Shown: positions 26,201 through 36,515 of the stretch, in pieces
Layout of the letters: each line of letters begins with the position of its first letter
Numbering within the stretch: position 1 is the first letter of the stretch
NCBI RefSeq assembly: GCF_964204645.1
Contig: NC_134033.1
Span: 15,136,655 to 15,200,654, forward strand
Length of the DNA stretch: 64,000 nucleotides
Source: Tubulanus polymorphus
Taxonomy: Eukaryota > Animalia > Nemertea
Reading direction: 5' to 3'
The notes under the pieces: model-generated
The model's input: only the letters and a program-made list of their open reading frames with translations
What the model was told of the DNA's origin: nothing
Database searches by the model: none
Made by a program: the position numbers and the translations under genes

Positions 26201-27201
26201 AATAAAGTAGTGCAGAGATTGCTGGCTCCTCAACTTCTCATTTGGGCTTCTGCAGTTTTCAACAACAAATGGGTCGATCAGTATTCATCTACTTGTGAGT
26301 GTCGTCTTCAGGCCAATTTTTCCGAGATGTAGTTTGGCTGAAACAAAGTGAAAAAAGCAAAACATTTCAGACAGATTTATCATAATTTATGTGTCATTTC
26401 AAATTACAAGCCACCCTGTTTTTCACAAAGAAAATTCATTGACGTCAATTGCTGATTCAAACCCCAATAATTAATTGCAGTAGAAGGACTAGTTCATCAT
26501 TGTTTAAGACTAGTGAAGATAAGTTCAGCCATGTGGATTGGTAAATAGATTTTGATGATAGTCAATTATTAAATGATATTCATATGAGTACTGAAATTTC
26601 TTTATACAGGTAATTTCATGTATATCAACTTACCTTTAAAGATTGATGGGTTCAGTTCTGGCCTTTTCTGTGCACCGTTCCAGTTTGTAGATTTTGGACG
26701 AGTGTTTGATCTCAAGATGGGCTTTTTCTTATAGTTGAAATTCAGCTGCAACGATTAAAAGAAGATATCCTGTAATGAAAAAATATTTCATTTAGAATTT
26801 ATCAAAATAATTTCATGTATATCAAGTTACCTTTAATGATTGCTTGGTTCGTAATCGGTGTTGATCATCTTAAGTTTGTTTGTTGATAAGTTGGATTCTA
26901 GTTGGCCTCATCTTACATTTCAAGTTTGCTGGGTTCAGTATCGGTTAGAACAATTGGTTGATGCATTTGATTCAAGCTTGGATTGTTCAGTGGCCAGAGC
27001 TTATCTGTAGATATTTGATGAGTCGTTGATTTAAAGCTGGGCAGTTTCATATAGATATGATTTAGCTGAAATGAGCAAACAAAGATATCCTGTAATGACA
27101 AAATATTTCATTTAGAATTTATCGACATAATTCCACATATATCAAGTTACCTTTTATGATTGCTGGTTTCATAATCGGCGATTATCTTATTAATTGGTTA
27201 G

Positions 27202-27279
27202 TTAGTTGGCCTCATCCGTGCACTGTTCCAGTTGGTCGATTTTGGAAGAGTAGTTGATCTCAAACTGGGTTTTTCTCAT
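27202..27279 (-). CDS. Candidate small ORF MRKTQFEINYSSKIDQLEQCTDEAN
   Basis: Same peptide as 27646-27723 despite four nucleotide differences, all synonymous. Confidence 0.3.
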   Translation of the reverse strand: MRKTQFEINYSSKIDQLEQCTDEAN

Positions 27280-27645
27280 AGTTGAAATTTAGCTGCAATG
27301 ATTAAAAGAAGATATCCTGTAATGAAACAATATTTCATTTAGAATTTATCGAAATAATTCCATGTATATCAAGTTACCTTTTATGATTGCTTGGTAATCG
27401 GCGATTATCCTATTAGTTGGTTAGTTAGTTGACCTCATCTGTTCACTGTTCCAGTTGGTCGATTTTGGACGAGTAGTTGATCTCAAACTGGGTTTTTCTC
27501 ATAGTTGAAATTTAGCTGCAATGATTAAAAGAAGATATCCTGTAATGAAAAAATATTTCATTTAGAATTTATCGAAATAATTCCATGTATATCAAGTTAC
27601 CTTTTATGATTTTGGTTATCGGCGATTATCCTATTAGTTGGTTAG

Positions 27646-27723
27646 TTAGTTGGCCTCATCTGTGCACTGTTCAAGCTGGTCGATTTTGGACGAGTAGTTG
27701 ATCTCAAACTGGGTTTTTCTCAT
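27646..27723 (-). CDS. Candidate small ORF MRKTQFEINYSSKIDQLEQCTDEAN
   Basis: Differs from its neighbours mainly at synonymous sites (TCG, CAG, CTT). Confidence 0.3.
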   Translation of the reverse strand: MRKTQFEINYSSKIDQLEQCTDEAN

Positions 27724-27855
27724 AGTTGAAATTTAGCTGCAATGATTAAAAGAAGATATCCTGTAATGACAAAGTATTTCATTTAGAATTTATCGAAATA
27801 ATTTCATGTATATCAAGTTACCTGTAATGATTGCTTGGTTCGTAATCGGCGTGGA

Positions 27856-27966
27856 TCATCTTAAGTTTGTTTGTTGATAAGTTGGATTCTGGTTGGCCTC
27901 ATCTGTGCACTGTTCCAGTTGGTCGATTTTGGATGAGTAGTTGATCTCAAACTTGGTTTTTCTCAT
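27856..27966 (-). CDS. Candidate small ORF MRKTKFEINYSSKIDQLEQCTDEANQNPTYQQTNLR
   Basis: ATG to TGA contained within one repeat exon; paralogous sORFs in three neighbouring exons. Confidence 0.3.
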   Translation of the reverse strand: MRKTKFEINYSSKIDQLEQCTDEANQNPTYQQTNLR

Positions 27967-29398
27967 AGTTGAAATTTAGCTGCAATGATTAAAAGAAGAT
28001 ATCCTGTAATGACAAAATATTTCATTTAGAATTTATCATAATAATTTCCATAAATAATATACCTAGAATAGCCTACTCAGTTATATTCGTAACACCGAAC
28101 AAATTATAAGCGAACATACGATACCTAGTCGAATGAAATGCTCGCCATTTTGTTTTGGGTTCTACATTGGGTTTTCCCAATGGGCTTTCCCAATTACATC
28201 AGATGTTCCCGGAGTTTCCCCTTTATCCAACAAACAGCCAATCACATTCAATGTAGCTCAGGTAATGAGGTCAACTCAGATAAATAGAAGCGAGAAAATT
28301 TTGGGGGTTTATAAAGTGAGGACCTGTAGGTCGAAAAGTACATCGGGATGAGTCGCAAAAAAATAGCAACACTTCCAGGAAGGATTGAACTTTTATATAT
28401 TTCAATTCCAAGTATGCAAATTCTCATATATGAAAACGTGCCATTACTTAGTGCTAAAAAGCAGGTTTTTACGTGTTTTTCAAGAATAAGTCCCCTACTA
28501 TAACTCGATCACTATGAAATTTTTGTGGGCTCGAGAACTCATTAAGCCAAACCATGACACCAAAATCAACACTATTGGTTCAACAGCCAATGTTTACGCC
28601 TTGCTGACACACCGGTACTCTATTCATTTTCAATGAAAACTGCTTCTCCAGACCATTTGCATAGGCAAACATACAGTTCGCCAAAAATCAACTTACATTT
28701 CAAGTTTGCTCGGTTCAGTATCAGTTAAAATGTTCTAAGTTCGTATCAAATATCAAATTACCTTTTATGATGGCTGGGTTCATTATCGGAGGATCTCCTA
28801 AGTTGGTTGGTTGAGTTTCATCCAAATTGGCCCCTTCTGTGCACTGTTCTCTAATCGGCAGATCTTAGTTGATGAGCTCTCGTTCGACTTTTTGAGTTGG
28901 TGTCCCTTACAATCGTGAGACACCTGCCAGGAGCGAAACAGGCGGGAATCGAAGTACAGATATAGTTGTGTGATCGTCGGTCGATTTTACATAATTTTTT
29001 TTCGATAATTTTACAATATTTGGTCTTTTTTTTCATGTAGTCCGAAAGTTTACAAGGTTGAAGATAATTTTGTCTAATTTTTTTTTTGAAATCGGAGTAC
29101 AGATATAGTTGTGTGATCGTCTGTCGATTTTACATCATTTTTTTCGGAATCAAAGTACTTCTTTGTCTTCTTGGGTTTCGTCGAAGCTGAAATTGAGAAA
29201 AAGAAAAACATTTTGTAGTCACACATTTCTTCATCATTAATAATCATCCTAATTTACGTGGGTATCAACTTAACTTTCAAGATTGCCGAGTTCAGTATTT
29301 TTTTCGGCATCTTCTGTAGTCGCCTTCTAGCATCTTCTTCTTCAACTTCTTGGGAGTCCTGAAATGAAAAAAAGAGAAGAGCGATGAAAACCTGGTAC

Positions 29399-29584
29399 GG
29401 AACAAAACTAATGTTCGAAAGCTTTTCAGCTCTCCGTCGCCGGTCACATGCCGAGAACACCAGACAATGAGCCAGCCAGGAATATACTGCCCTCTACACG
29501 CCCTCACACAGAACGCGAAAACCAGAATGACAACGCCTCACATTCCCCATCTAACTGCAGGATGTACTGGGTGATGTCAGTAAC
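29399..29584 (+). mobile_element. RTE-like non-LTR retrotransposon 3' fragment, left arm of inverted repeat
   Basis: Translates (with frameshift) to QLSVAGHMPRTPDNEPAR...ALYTPSHRTRKPE*QRLTF...LQDVLGD, like the post-RT C-terminus of RTE-clade LINEs (RxRQLxFxGHxxRM...YALYxPxHGxRxPGRQR). Confidence 0.7.
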
Positions 29585-29654
29585 TGACACACCTGTAAAA
29601 TTGCACGAAACACAAATAGCGCAGTACAACCAGCTTGACCGGGTTGAGATTCAG

Positions 29655-30165
29655 GATCTCAACTAGCACTCAAAAGCGTGACAAGAGACTTCATCCACTG
29701 ACCGAGGTTGTCACAAGGACACAATGAAACTAGCACTCACAAGCCGACAAGAGACTTCATCCACTGACCGAGGTTGTCACAAGGACACAATGAAAACTAG
29801 CAATCAAACTAGAAATCAAAGAGCGTGACAGTAGAATCATCCCTCAGCCGACTCAGAATACCAGAAACAAAGAGCGTGACAGTAGAATCATCCCTCATCC
29901 GGGCGTGACAAGAGACTTCATCCACTGACCGAGGTTGTCACAAGGACACAATGAAACTAGCACTCACAAGCCGACAAGAGACTTCATCCACTGACCGAGG
30001 TTGTCACAAGGACACAATGAAAACTAGCAATCAAACTAGAAATCAAAGAGCGTGACAGTAGAATCATCCCTCAGCCTACTCAGAATACCAGAAACAAAGA
30101 GCGTGACAGTAGAATCATCCCTCATCCGGGCGGTCACAAGGACACAATGAATGCTAGTAGCGTGA
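29655..30165. repeat. Complex tandem duplications forming the spacer of the inverted repeat
   Basis: Repeated blocks gacaagagacttcatccactgaccgaggttgtcacaaggacacaatgaaa (x4) and aaagagcgtgacagtagaatcatccctca (x4). Confidence 0.9.
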
Positions 30166-30184
30166 CAATCCAGTATAACCGCTC

Positions 30185-30402
30185 CATTTGTATCCCGCGC
30201 AATCCCACAGATATGCCCGTCATTGACATCACTCAGCACACTTTGTAGATAGGTGGGGGAAGTGAGGCCTCGTCATCCTGGTTTTCGTGTTCCGTATGAG
30301 GGCGTGTAGAGGGCAGCCATTTCCTGACCGACGCTTTGTCTGACATCCTCGACACGTGACCGGCGAAGGAGAGCTGACGCTTTCGGACATTAGTTTTGTT
30401 CC
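30185..30402 (-). mobile_element. RTE-like non-LTR retrotransposon 3' fragment, right arm of inverted repeat
   Basis: VRKRQLSFAGHVSRMSD...ALYTPSYGTRKPG*RGLT...YLQSVLSD...IARD; reverse complement of 29399-29584 at roughly 80% identity. Confidence 0.7.
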
Positions 30403-33400
30403 AGCAAACGTTGAAATTCGACAGAGAAATCGGCCCTGAAAAATAAAACGAGTTAAATGCTGAAAAATAGAACGGATTAATAAACACGGAACAGTACAGG
30501 ACAGCACGGAGACGAACAGTAACACATAAAACATAAAGACGTCGTTCCTCAGGAAGCAGGAACAGGAGCAAGAGCGGGAGCGCAGCGAAAATCGCCAGGA
30601 GGAGAATCCACGGTAGCATGTTCACAGTGTGAGTGTGCAGAGGTGAATGGCATACGCTTGTGTACACCGTGGTCAGCCGGTGACGTATTCAATAGCGCGT
30701 ATGAATGATATCAACAACTCAGCAATTGTGTCTCTATTGTTGAATGGATTTACATTGAGAGCTTATAGAAGTTGAATGAAAAGGTTCTACTGCCGGGTTG
30801 AATACACGCCAGTAGCCAGCTGAACAATATTGTAGAACTTTAATAAGGCCATGAAAATAAATTTCTTTGATTCCCAACAGCTCCCCTCCTAATTTAGCCG
30901 CTGCCTGTTTTTTTTTCTTAAATTTTAGAATAATTTATTGAAATCGAAGAATAAAAACATTAAGATTTATTGATGAAAACCTCTAGCTTTATTTCTCATA
31001 AATGCATAGATACCCCAAAGTGGTGACATAAATAATTCCAACTTCAAGGCTTAACAAAAATGATACTTTGTTTCTTCAGTTCATTTCTATAGCGGCCGGG
31101 TCTGTTATGGTAAAATAGATCACGATTCTAAAAAACAGTAATGTCCAAGGTAGATAGGCGGCCGGGTCCAGTTTTAAGCTCAGCAGAGCTGAGAAAAAAT
31201 TTTGTTGAAGTTTTGTTGAAGTGAATAAATTGTCTAACAAACTTCATACACAGTGTACGATCGATCGGTAGTTCACATGATGTAAGTGGAATGTATTTAT
31301 GATTAATCATCATTTCATGCTGTTATCACAGAGATCCCGTACCTGTAGGGCCGTATTCAGGGGGGGGGGGAGGGCGCGAAAGCTCCTACCCCCAAAAGTT
31401 CAAGTTCCGCTTCATATTTTCCATGCGTTATGTGTTGTTTATGTCTTACAATTTATGTGGTTGGTATCCTGTTTTTTTGTCAACAATTTTAAATCTTAAA
31501 TGTTATTCCAATCTGTATAGGCCTCATCAGTAGTATGCACATGGGTCAAAGATCATGATGGCACGATGGACCCATTGCATAGAATGATTCTATGCAATGT
31601 TTCATCATGGGATTCCTCAAATATAAATTATTTGAAAAAATAAACGTTACATTAGTCGCGGATTTTCTACATGAGTCGATCTTAGGTTTTTTAATTGCAT
31701 AGATAAGTTTTCTGTGGTTTGGAAGCATTAATGATTACATTGCTATGAGATGATGATCAACAAATCAAATTTTCAGATTATGAAAAATTATTTAGATTCT
31801 GCCGTACATGGAAAATGTCAGAAAAGAAAGATAGCCAGAAAGCCCTCAGAATACACCTTAGAGTGCCTTAAATAAATGAAAAAAATTTTACCTACCCATA
31901 GACGGGGCTGCATACGGCCCAGCCGTAAGATTTTCATAAAAACTCCCTGATTCAATTCAGGGGAGAAATATTAGGATTTTTTTAATCACTCAGAATACGG
32001 ATCCTCTGAAATTCTGCCAAAAACTTCATGCCTACCACTCATGATTTGAAAAAAAAAAAAATTTTTTTCTTTAATTTTGATTCTAGATTAAACGGTCAAG
32101 TCCATATTAAGAATTTCGTTTCTTGTTCTTCTCTGTTTTTAGGTTGTCGAGTGTTTAATAGAATTAGGGGTTGATTGTAATCAAGGCGAAGGTCAGGGTA
32201 CTCCGATCTGCTACGCCTGTCGACATTAGAACGAGGCTATGGTACAGTGTCTGCTTCAACAGGTATATATCGATATATCGAGTGACTCCAGTGAGAGAGC
32301 CAGCCACTCCAGTTTATATCTACTGAAATCCATAAATCACATCTGGCTGAGCTCATTTTCATCTTAAGAACAGTTTTAGATAAGAACATGCTATGAGTGT
32401 CCCTAAGACCAATCGAAGAAGCATCTTGTATCTAGATCTTGACTGGAATTAACCCTACACTGATTTATAGCTAGAAATTATCAAATTTAAATGTTAACTT
32501 TCTTTGAGGTCCGACTGTGAAGTGGTTGTATATATTTTCAGGGTATCAATGATGTGCAAACTCCGCTGAAATTAAGTTTAGATTTAGAAGCTCATAATAT
32601 TACAGGCATGCTGCTTCGTCATATGGGATTTGATAAAGAAGGTTAGTACTGAACAAATCATCTAGTTTCATGGTTGTGAGTTAGTTTCAAACTTGATTCG
32701 AAACTATGAAACCGTATCTTTGAATATTGTGTTCAAGATAAGAATGTTTTGTAGGTGAAGATGTGTTGTTTATTTTGTAGCTGGAATTGTATCGTGGAGT
32801 GGTTTAAACCTCGGGAATATTCAACCAGAATGGTTGATAGCTACGCTATTAGACTCCCCTGATAGGGTATCTAAACCTACTGGTGAGTGTCTAACCAGCA
32901 GAACTCGGTTCCCCTATTCTTAGAGTAAGAATCAATTCATTTTCAATTGGTTTATTGCGCAGTTCAATTCAAACTCAAAAATCGTGGAACTGCCTCCAGG
33001 ACCTGGTCAGAAAGACCAGTCTGTGGTTGAGTTTTACGATTGGATGTTTCCACAAACCTTAATTAAAGCTTACAAACAATAATAAGATTACCCTACTAAC
33101 TTATCAGGAACCAGATCACAAAAAGTATCAAGATGCCTCACAATGGGATAGATACAAGTTTTATAAGATTTCCGATTTATTTTCGCGCTGTAAAATTTCC
33201 GATTCATTAACACAAAATTTAAAGAAAATCCTATATTTTTGCAGAAGACGACCAACTGAAACCATTAATGCAACAAACGAGAGCTGGACAACAAGCGCGA
33301 AGCTGTCTGAGTTTATCAGTTGAGAGTCAGGTTTTAATGGGTAGTCGACTGGCGCTCAGATACCCCGTAGATATCGGTAAGTCAGCAATCTAACTCTTCT

Positions 33401-33758
33401 CGTGTAGTCTTGCTTCCTAATTGTGGGTTATTCTTTTCAGTAGATTGTTAGTTATTTGATTTTTGTTTAGATTTACGAGAAAATGAAGACATATCTAAAC
33501 AGTTGACGACTTGTCCCGATACGGTTTACCGACAAAACGTCGAACGGCGATCATTTCTGTCGAAGTTACGTTTAAAATGACAATCTTCGCCGGACTTCTG
33601 CAAAATCAACCCGTTTGATTTCAACAGTGCTCAACCGAATTCTCCGTTACTACAGAAACGATATTCCGAAAACGATATATTCAAAGATTATCGACGTAAG
33701 TAGTTAGAGAGTTTTGAGATATATCTAAATCCTATCTTAAAGGAGCGATAAGTAACAG

Positions 33759-33919
33759 GGCTGGGTTTCATAGATGTGGAAGAAAAATAGTCCCTGGCAA
33801 CATTTTGAAATTTGTCAGTTATTACCATGGTTTCTCATTGTAACCATGGTGGTTTTGTCACCCAGATTGAGGATTTACCCCTAGGGATAACTTTGATACT
33901 CAGTCTATGAAACCAGGCC
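33759..33919. mobile_element. PIF/Harbinger-like MITE in an LRRK2 intron; related decayed or tandem copies at 57110-57490
   Basis: TIR ggctgggtttcataga / tctatgaaaccaggcc; TSD cag. Confidence 0.75.
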
Positions 33920-35469
33920 CAGGTTTCCCAATACTCAGAAACAGAGATATCAGTGCGGGATTATTCATTATAACTGACTAGTTTTGAAAGTCTTCTGTCT
34001 GTAACCGGTAGATGAGTAACAGATATTTCCTTGTATTTGTTCATGTATTTTGGTAATTGTTTTTAAACGCAGCAACTCGTAAACAGTTTGTATTTGTCGA
34101 CTGGCCACAAGAGATTGAAACATGGAAACAGCAGACAGTTAGTGGAGCGAATACTCCGTTCAGTAGTAAAGATCCCAGACGTAACCTAGCAGCTGTCGGA
34201 GATAAAGTCATTCCTGTCGGTAAGAAACAAACATCTCAATCCAGTTCTACAGCTCGACTTGAGAATTTAGAATTGAATGTTTGAAACCCGAGTGTGAAAC
34301 TGATCTCTGGAATCAGTTCCACAAAATTGTTTAATTTGTCTAATTTTAAAGTTAATTCAGCTTTCATTATTTTAACACTAAGGTCAAATTTCAACCTCAA
34401 ACAGTCGGACTGTCTCACTCACTAATACAACCATTGAACTGAATGTCAACGGGTTTTTATTTTGTGAATATTTCATGTATGAATTTGTGTTTTAGAATCG
34501 AGCTGGCTGCAGAAATCACCGACTCCGTTCTCTCGTAATAAACGTAAATCATTGTCACGACGACCAGCGATTTATGAGATTTCAAATCATTATGGCAGCA
34601 CGGACAGTCTGATTGATGTATGTTTTACAGTTTCCAAAAATCTAGCCAACTTAATTTTGGTCCAGTTGAGACTTCAAATGAGACTAGGAAAATCTCATTT
34701 CGGTCCAGTCCATACTTGAGACTAAACAGAAGACTGGGATAAACTAACTTTTGTCTACAGAGACACAAAAAGTCCAGTCTCAGTCCAGGCTTAATTTTCA
34801 CTGTACCTCCTCGATACCTCCCCTAGCACAGCTTAAGTTTTATTTGAATTCAGATATAAAGATTTTAGGGATATTTTCAACAAGTTCTGCTTAGTTCCCA
34901 TTTCTTTGACATTCAAATTAGATGTTATCCCTCCTGAAGATCTCGAGAATTGTATTTATGAAATGAGATGTGCTATTCTAAGTTGACCAGTACACCAGGT
35001 AAAATTCAAACATCCTCTGGAGATTTGGTCTGGAAATATGCATCAGAAATGTGTTCATGTGTAGAGATGTATTTAGTGAATTGATGTTTTAATACAGTGT
35101 TGTAAAATGACTATATTTAGTATCTGAATAAAGTTTACGATTGTTGAACTCCTTAGTGCTTTGTCAGATCAGATATTTGGATCCACCTCAGCCTACTGAT
35201 TTCCTGATACAGACAGCAAGTTGGGACAGTCAAATTAAGAGAATTGGTCAAGACAAGTTACTCAGATCACACTGGAAATTCGCAATATCCTCTCTCCTCA
35301 TGGACCACACAATGTCAATGTTGACTTTGCTAGAAATCGATTATAAAATTTATCACAACCAATTCTTTTTCACTGAATTCAATATTTATTGTTCACTTCT
35401 GGTACAAAATCTTGTTCAGCCCCTGACAAGAGAATAAGCAATGACACTACGTATTTCACGACATAGAAC

Positions 35470-36515
35470 AGTAATTTATTTTTTCATCGACAAATTGGGA
35501 CGATCCTGATATCCCTGATTTGAATGTTAGTGTCTTAAGAATCATAAAGACCATGTCTCGACCAGACAGATAATCCAATCACAATTCGAATTGAAGGTTC
35601 GCTAGTGCAGTTATTCACAGAATCCAGCTTTTTAAACCTCATCAGTTTATCAGATCGTGAGCACTGGAGAAATAAAGTACACAACATCTTGGTGCAGCGG
35701 CGCTTGCTGATGTAACTGATGATGATGAGTTTATCAGAATCAAGGAGTTTCACCGCCTGTTATTTGGAATCTCATTTCATTACAGCTAGTGCCGATTCTT
35801 TATTCCCTTTGATTACTGCATGATGTTATCATTCTGAAATTAAAATACATATCACACAATTAAACCTGGATTGACTTCACAATTAATGGTTCGGAATCCA
35901 TTTTTCAAACTTACCTTGATGCATTGCAATCTATTCTTTTCATGTTGAGCTAATTTGTTACTCATTACTTCAACTTCTTAAAACATCCTACGAGTTGCGA
36001 CTCACAAAGTCATCACTAAAACGCTCAGAAAAATCTACAATAGATAATCAATATAGTGTTTGTGAAATAGCACTCATATTCAATTTTCACATTTTTAAGA
36101 AAGTAAGTAGGTGAAGTTACCTTTTTGATGTCATTATTTTCACTGGATCAACTGCTGATATCCAATGTCACATTAAGAACAATCAATCAATCACCTCCAG
36201 TGAACAAACAAGTAGCCTCTGCTGCATGGTTCAGTATGTCAGTAAGTGGTATAGTAGTATTGTTAGTTTCCATCCATCCATCCAGTCCAAAAGGACCAAA
36301 TTGCCGATTGATGACCGGTAGGTTTTGACGGCCCGGTCACGCAGCCATCCTGAATTGAATACCGATATTTTCGGTACCACACGCTAAACAAGTGCCTGCA
36401 GGTGCGTTACCTGGCAGTTTTAATGGAATTTCTTTCTTCATTGATATAAAAAAATGACTTTAAAGAGGTCCATGGAACGTAAATCGAGACACTGTGTAGG
36501 CGGCCATGTTACATT
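35470..36515 (-). ncRNA. Four-exon spliced non-coding (or decayed) gene; exons ~36515-36411, 36349-36121, 36034-35915, 35833-~35470
   Basis: Three gt..ag introns of 61, 86 and 81 nt; AATAAA at 35475-35480 (minus); YY1 (aacatggccgcc), E-box cacgtg, CCAAT and ETS-like motifs at 36499-36570; stops interrupt the frames checked. Confidence 0.55.

Larger units (their letters stand above)
26150..28160 (-). ncRNA. Spliced antisense locus, paralog 2: YY1-motif first exon, six tandem exons with 61-nt introns, terminal exon from 26337
   Basis: caaaatggcg at ~28143-28152 (minus), CCAAT at ~28238; gt..ag introns at 28004-28062, 27761-27821, 27540-27600, 27317-27377, 27090-27150, 26770-26830. Confidence 0.65.
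28690..30670 (-). ncRNA. Spliced antisense locus, paralog 3, including the long inverted repeat (candidate hpRNA)
   Basis: Acceptors tttttcag (~30436), ttttacag (29593-29595), atttcag (~29359, ~29188); donors at ~29256 and ~28761; 28760-29160 is homologous to 22258-23160. Confidence 0.5.
16928..34617 (+). pseudogene. LRRK2: Partial unprocessed LRRK2 pseudogene (ankyrin region and ANK-LRR linker); exons 16928-17030, 32143-32262, 32542-32641, 32781-32882, 33245-33376, 33471-33695, 34073-34219, 34496-34617
   Basis: All exons are bounded by ag/gt with compatible phases. Spliced translation FIGVCYSKC...LLLSACELGLLKVVECLIELGVDCNQ...ICYAC...DVQTPLKLSL...ITGMLLRHMGFD...LGNIQPEWL aligns to recalled human LRRK2 FLNLCCKC...MLERAC...MVECLLLLGADANQ...ICQVC...DVRKALTISI...IISLLLRRLALD...IGKVEPSWL. 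In-frame stops at 32227-32229 (TAG) and 33578-33580 (TGA); no ARM, LRR, ROC-COR or kinase exons recognised. Confidence 0.85.

Noticed and set aside
30233-30667. 144-aa ORF with a hydrophobic, signal-like N-terminus
   Set aside because: GTG start, runs through a pyrimidine tract/acceptor and into frameshifted RTE remnants; not a credible continuous CDS, though a short first exon cannot be excluded
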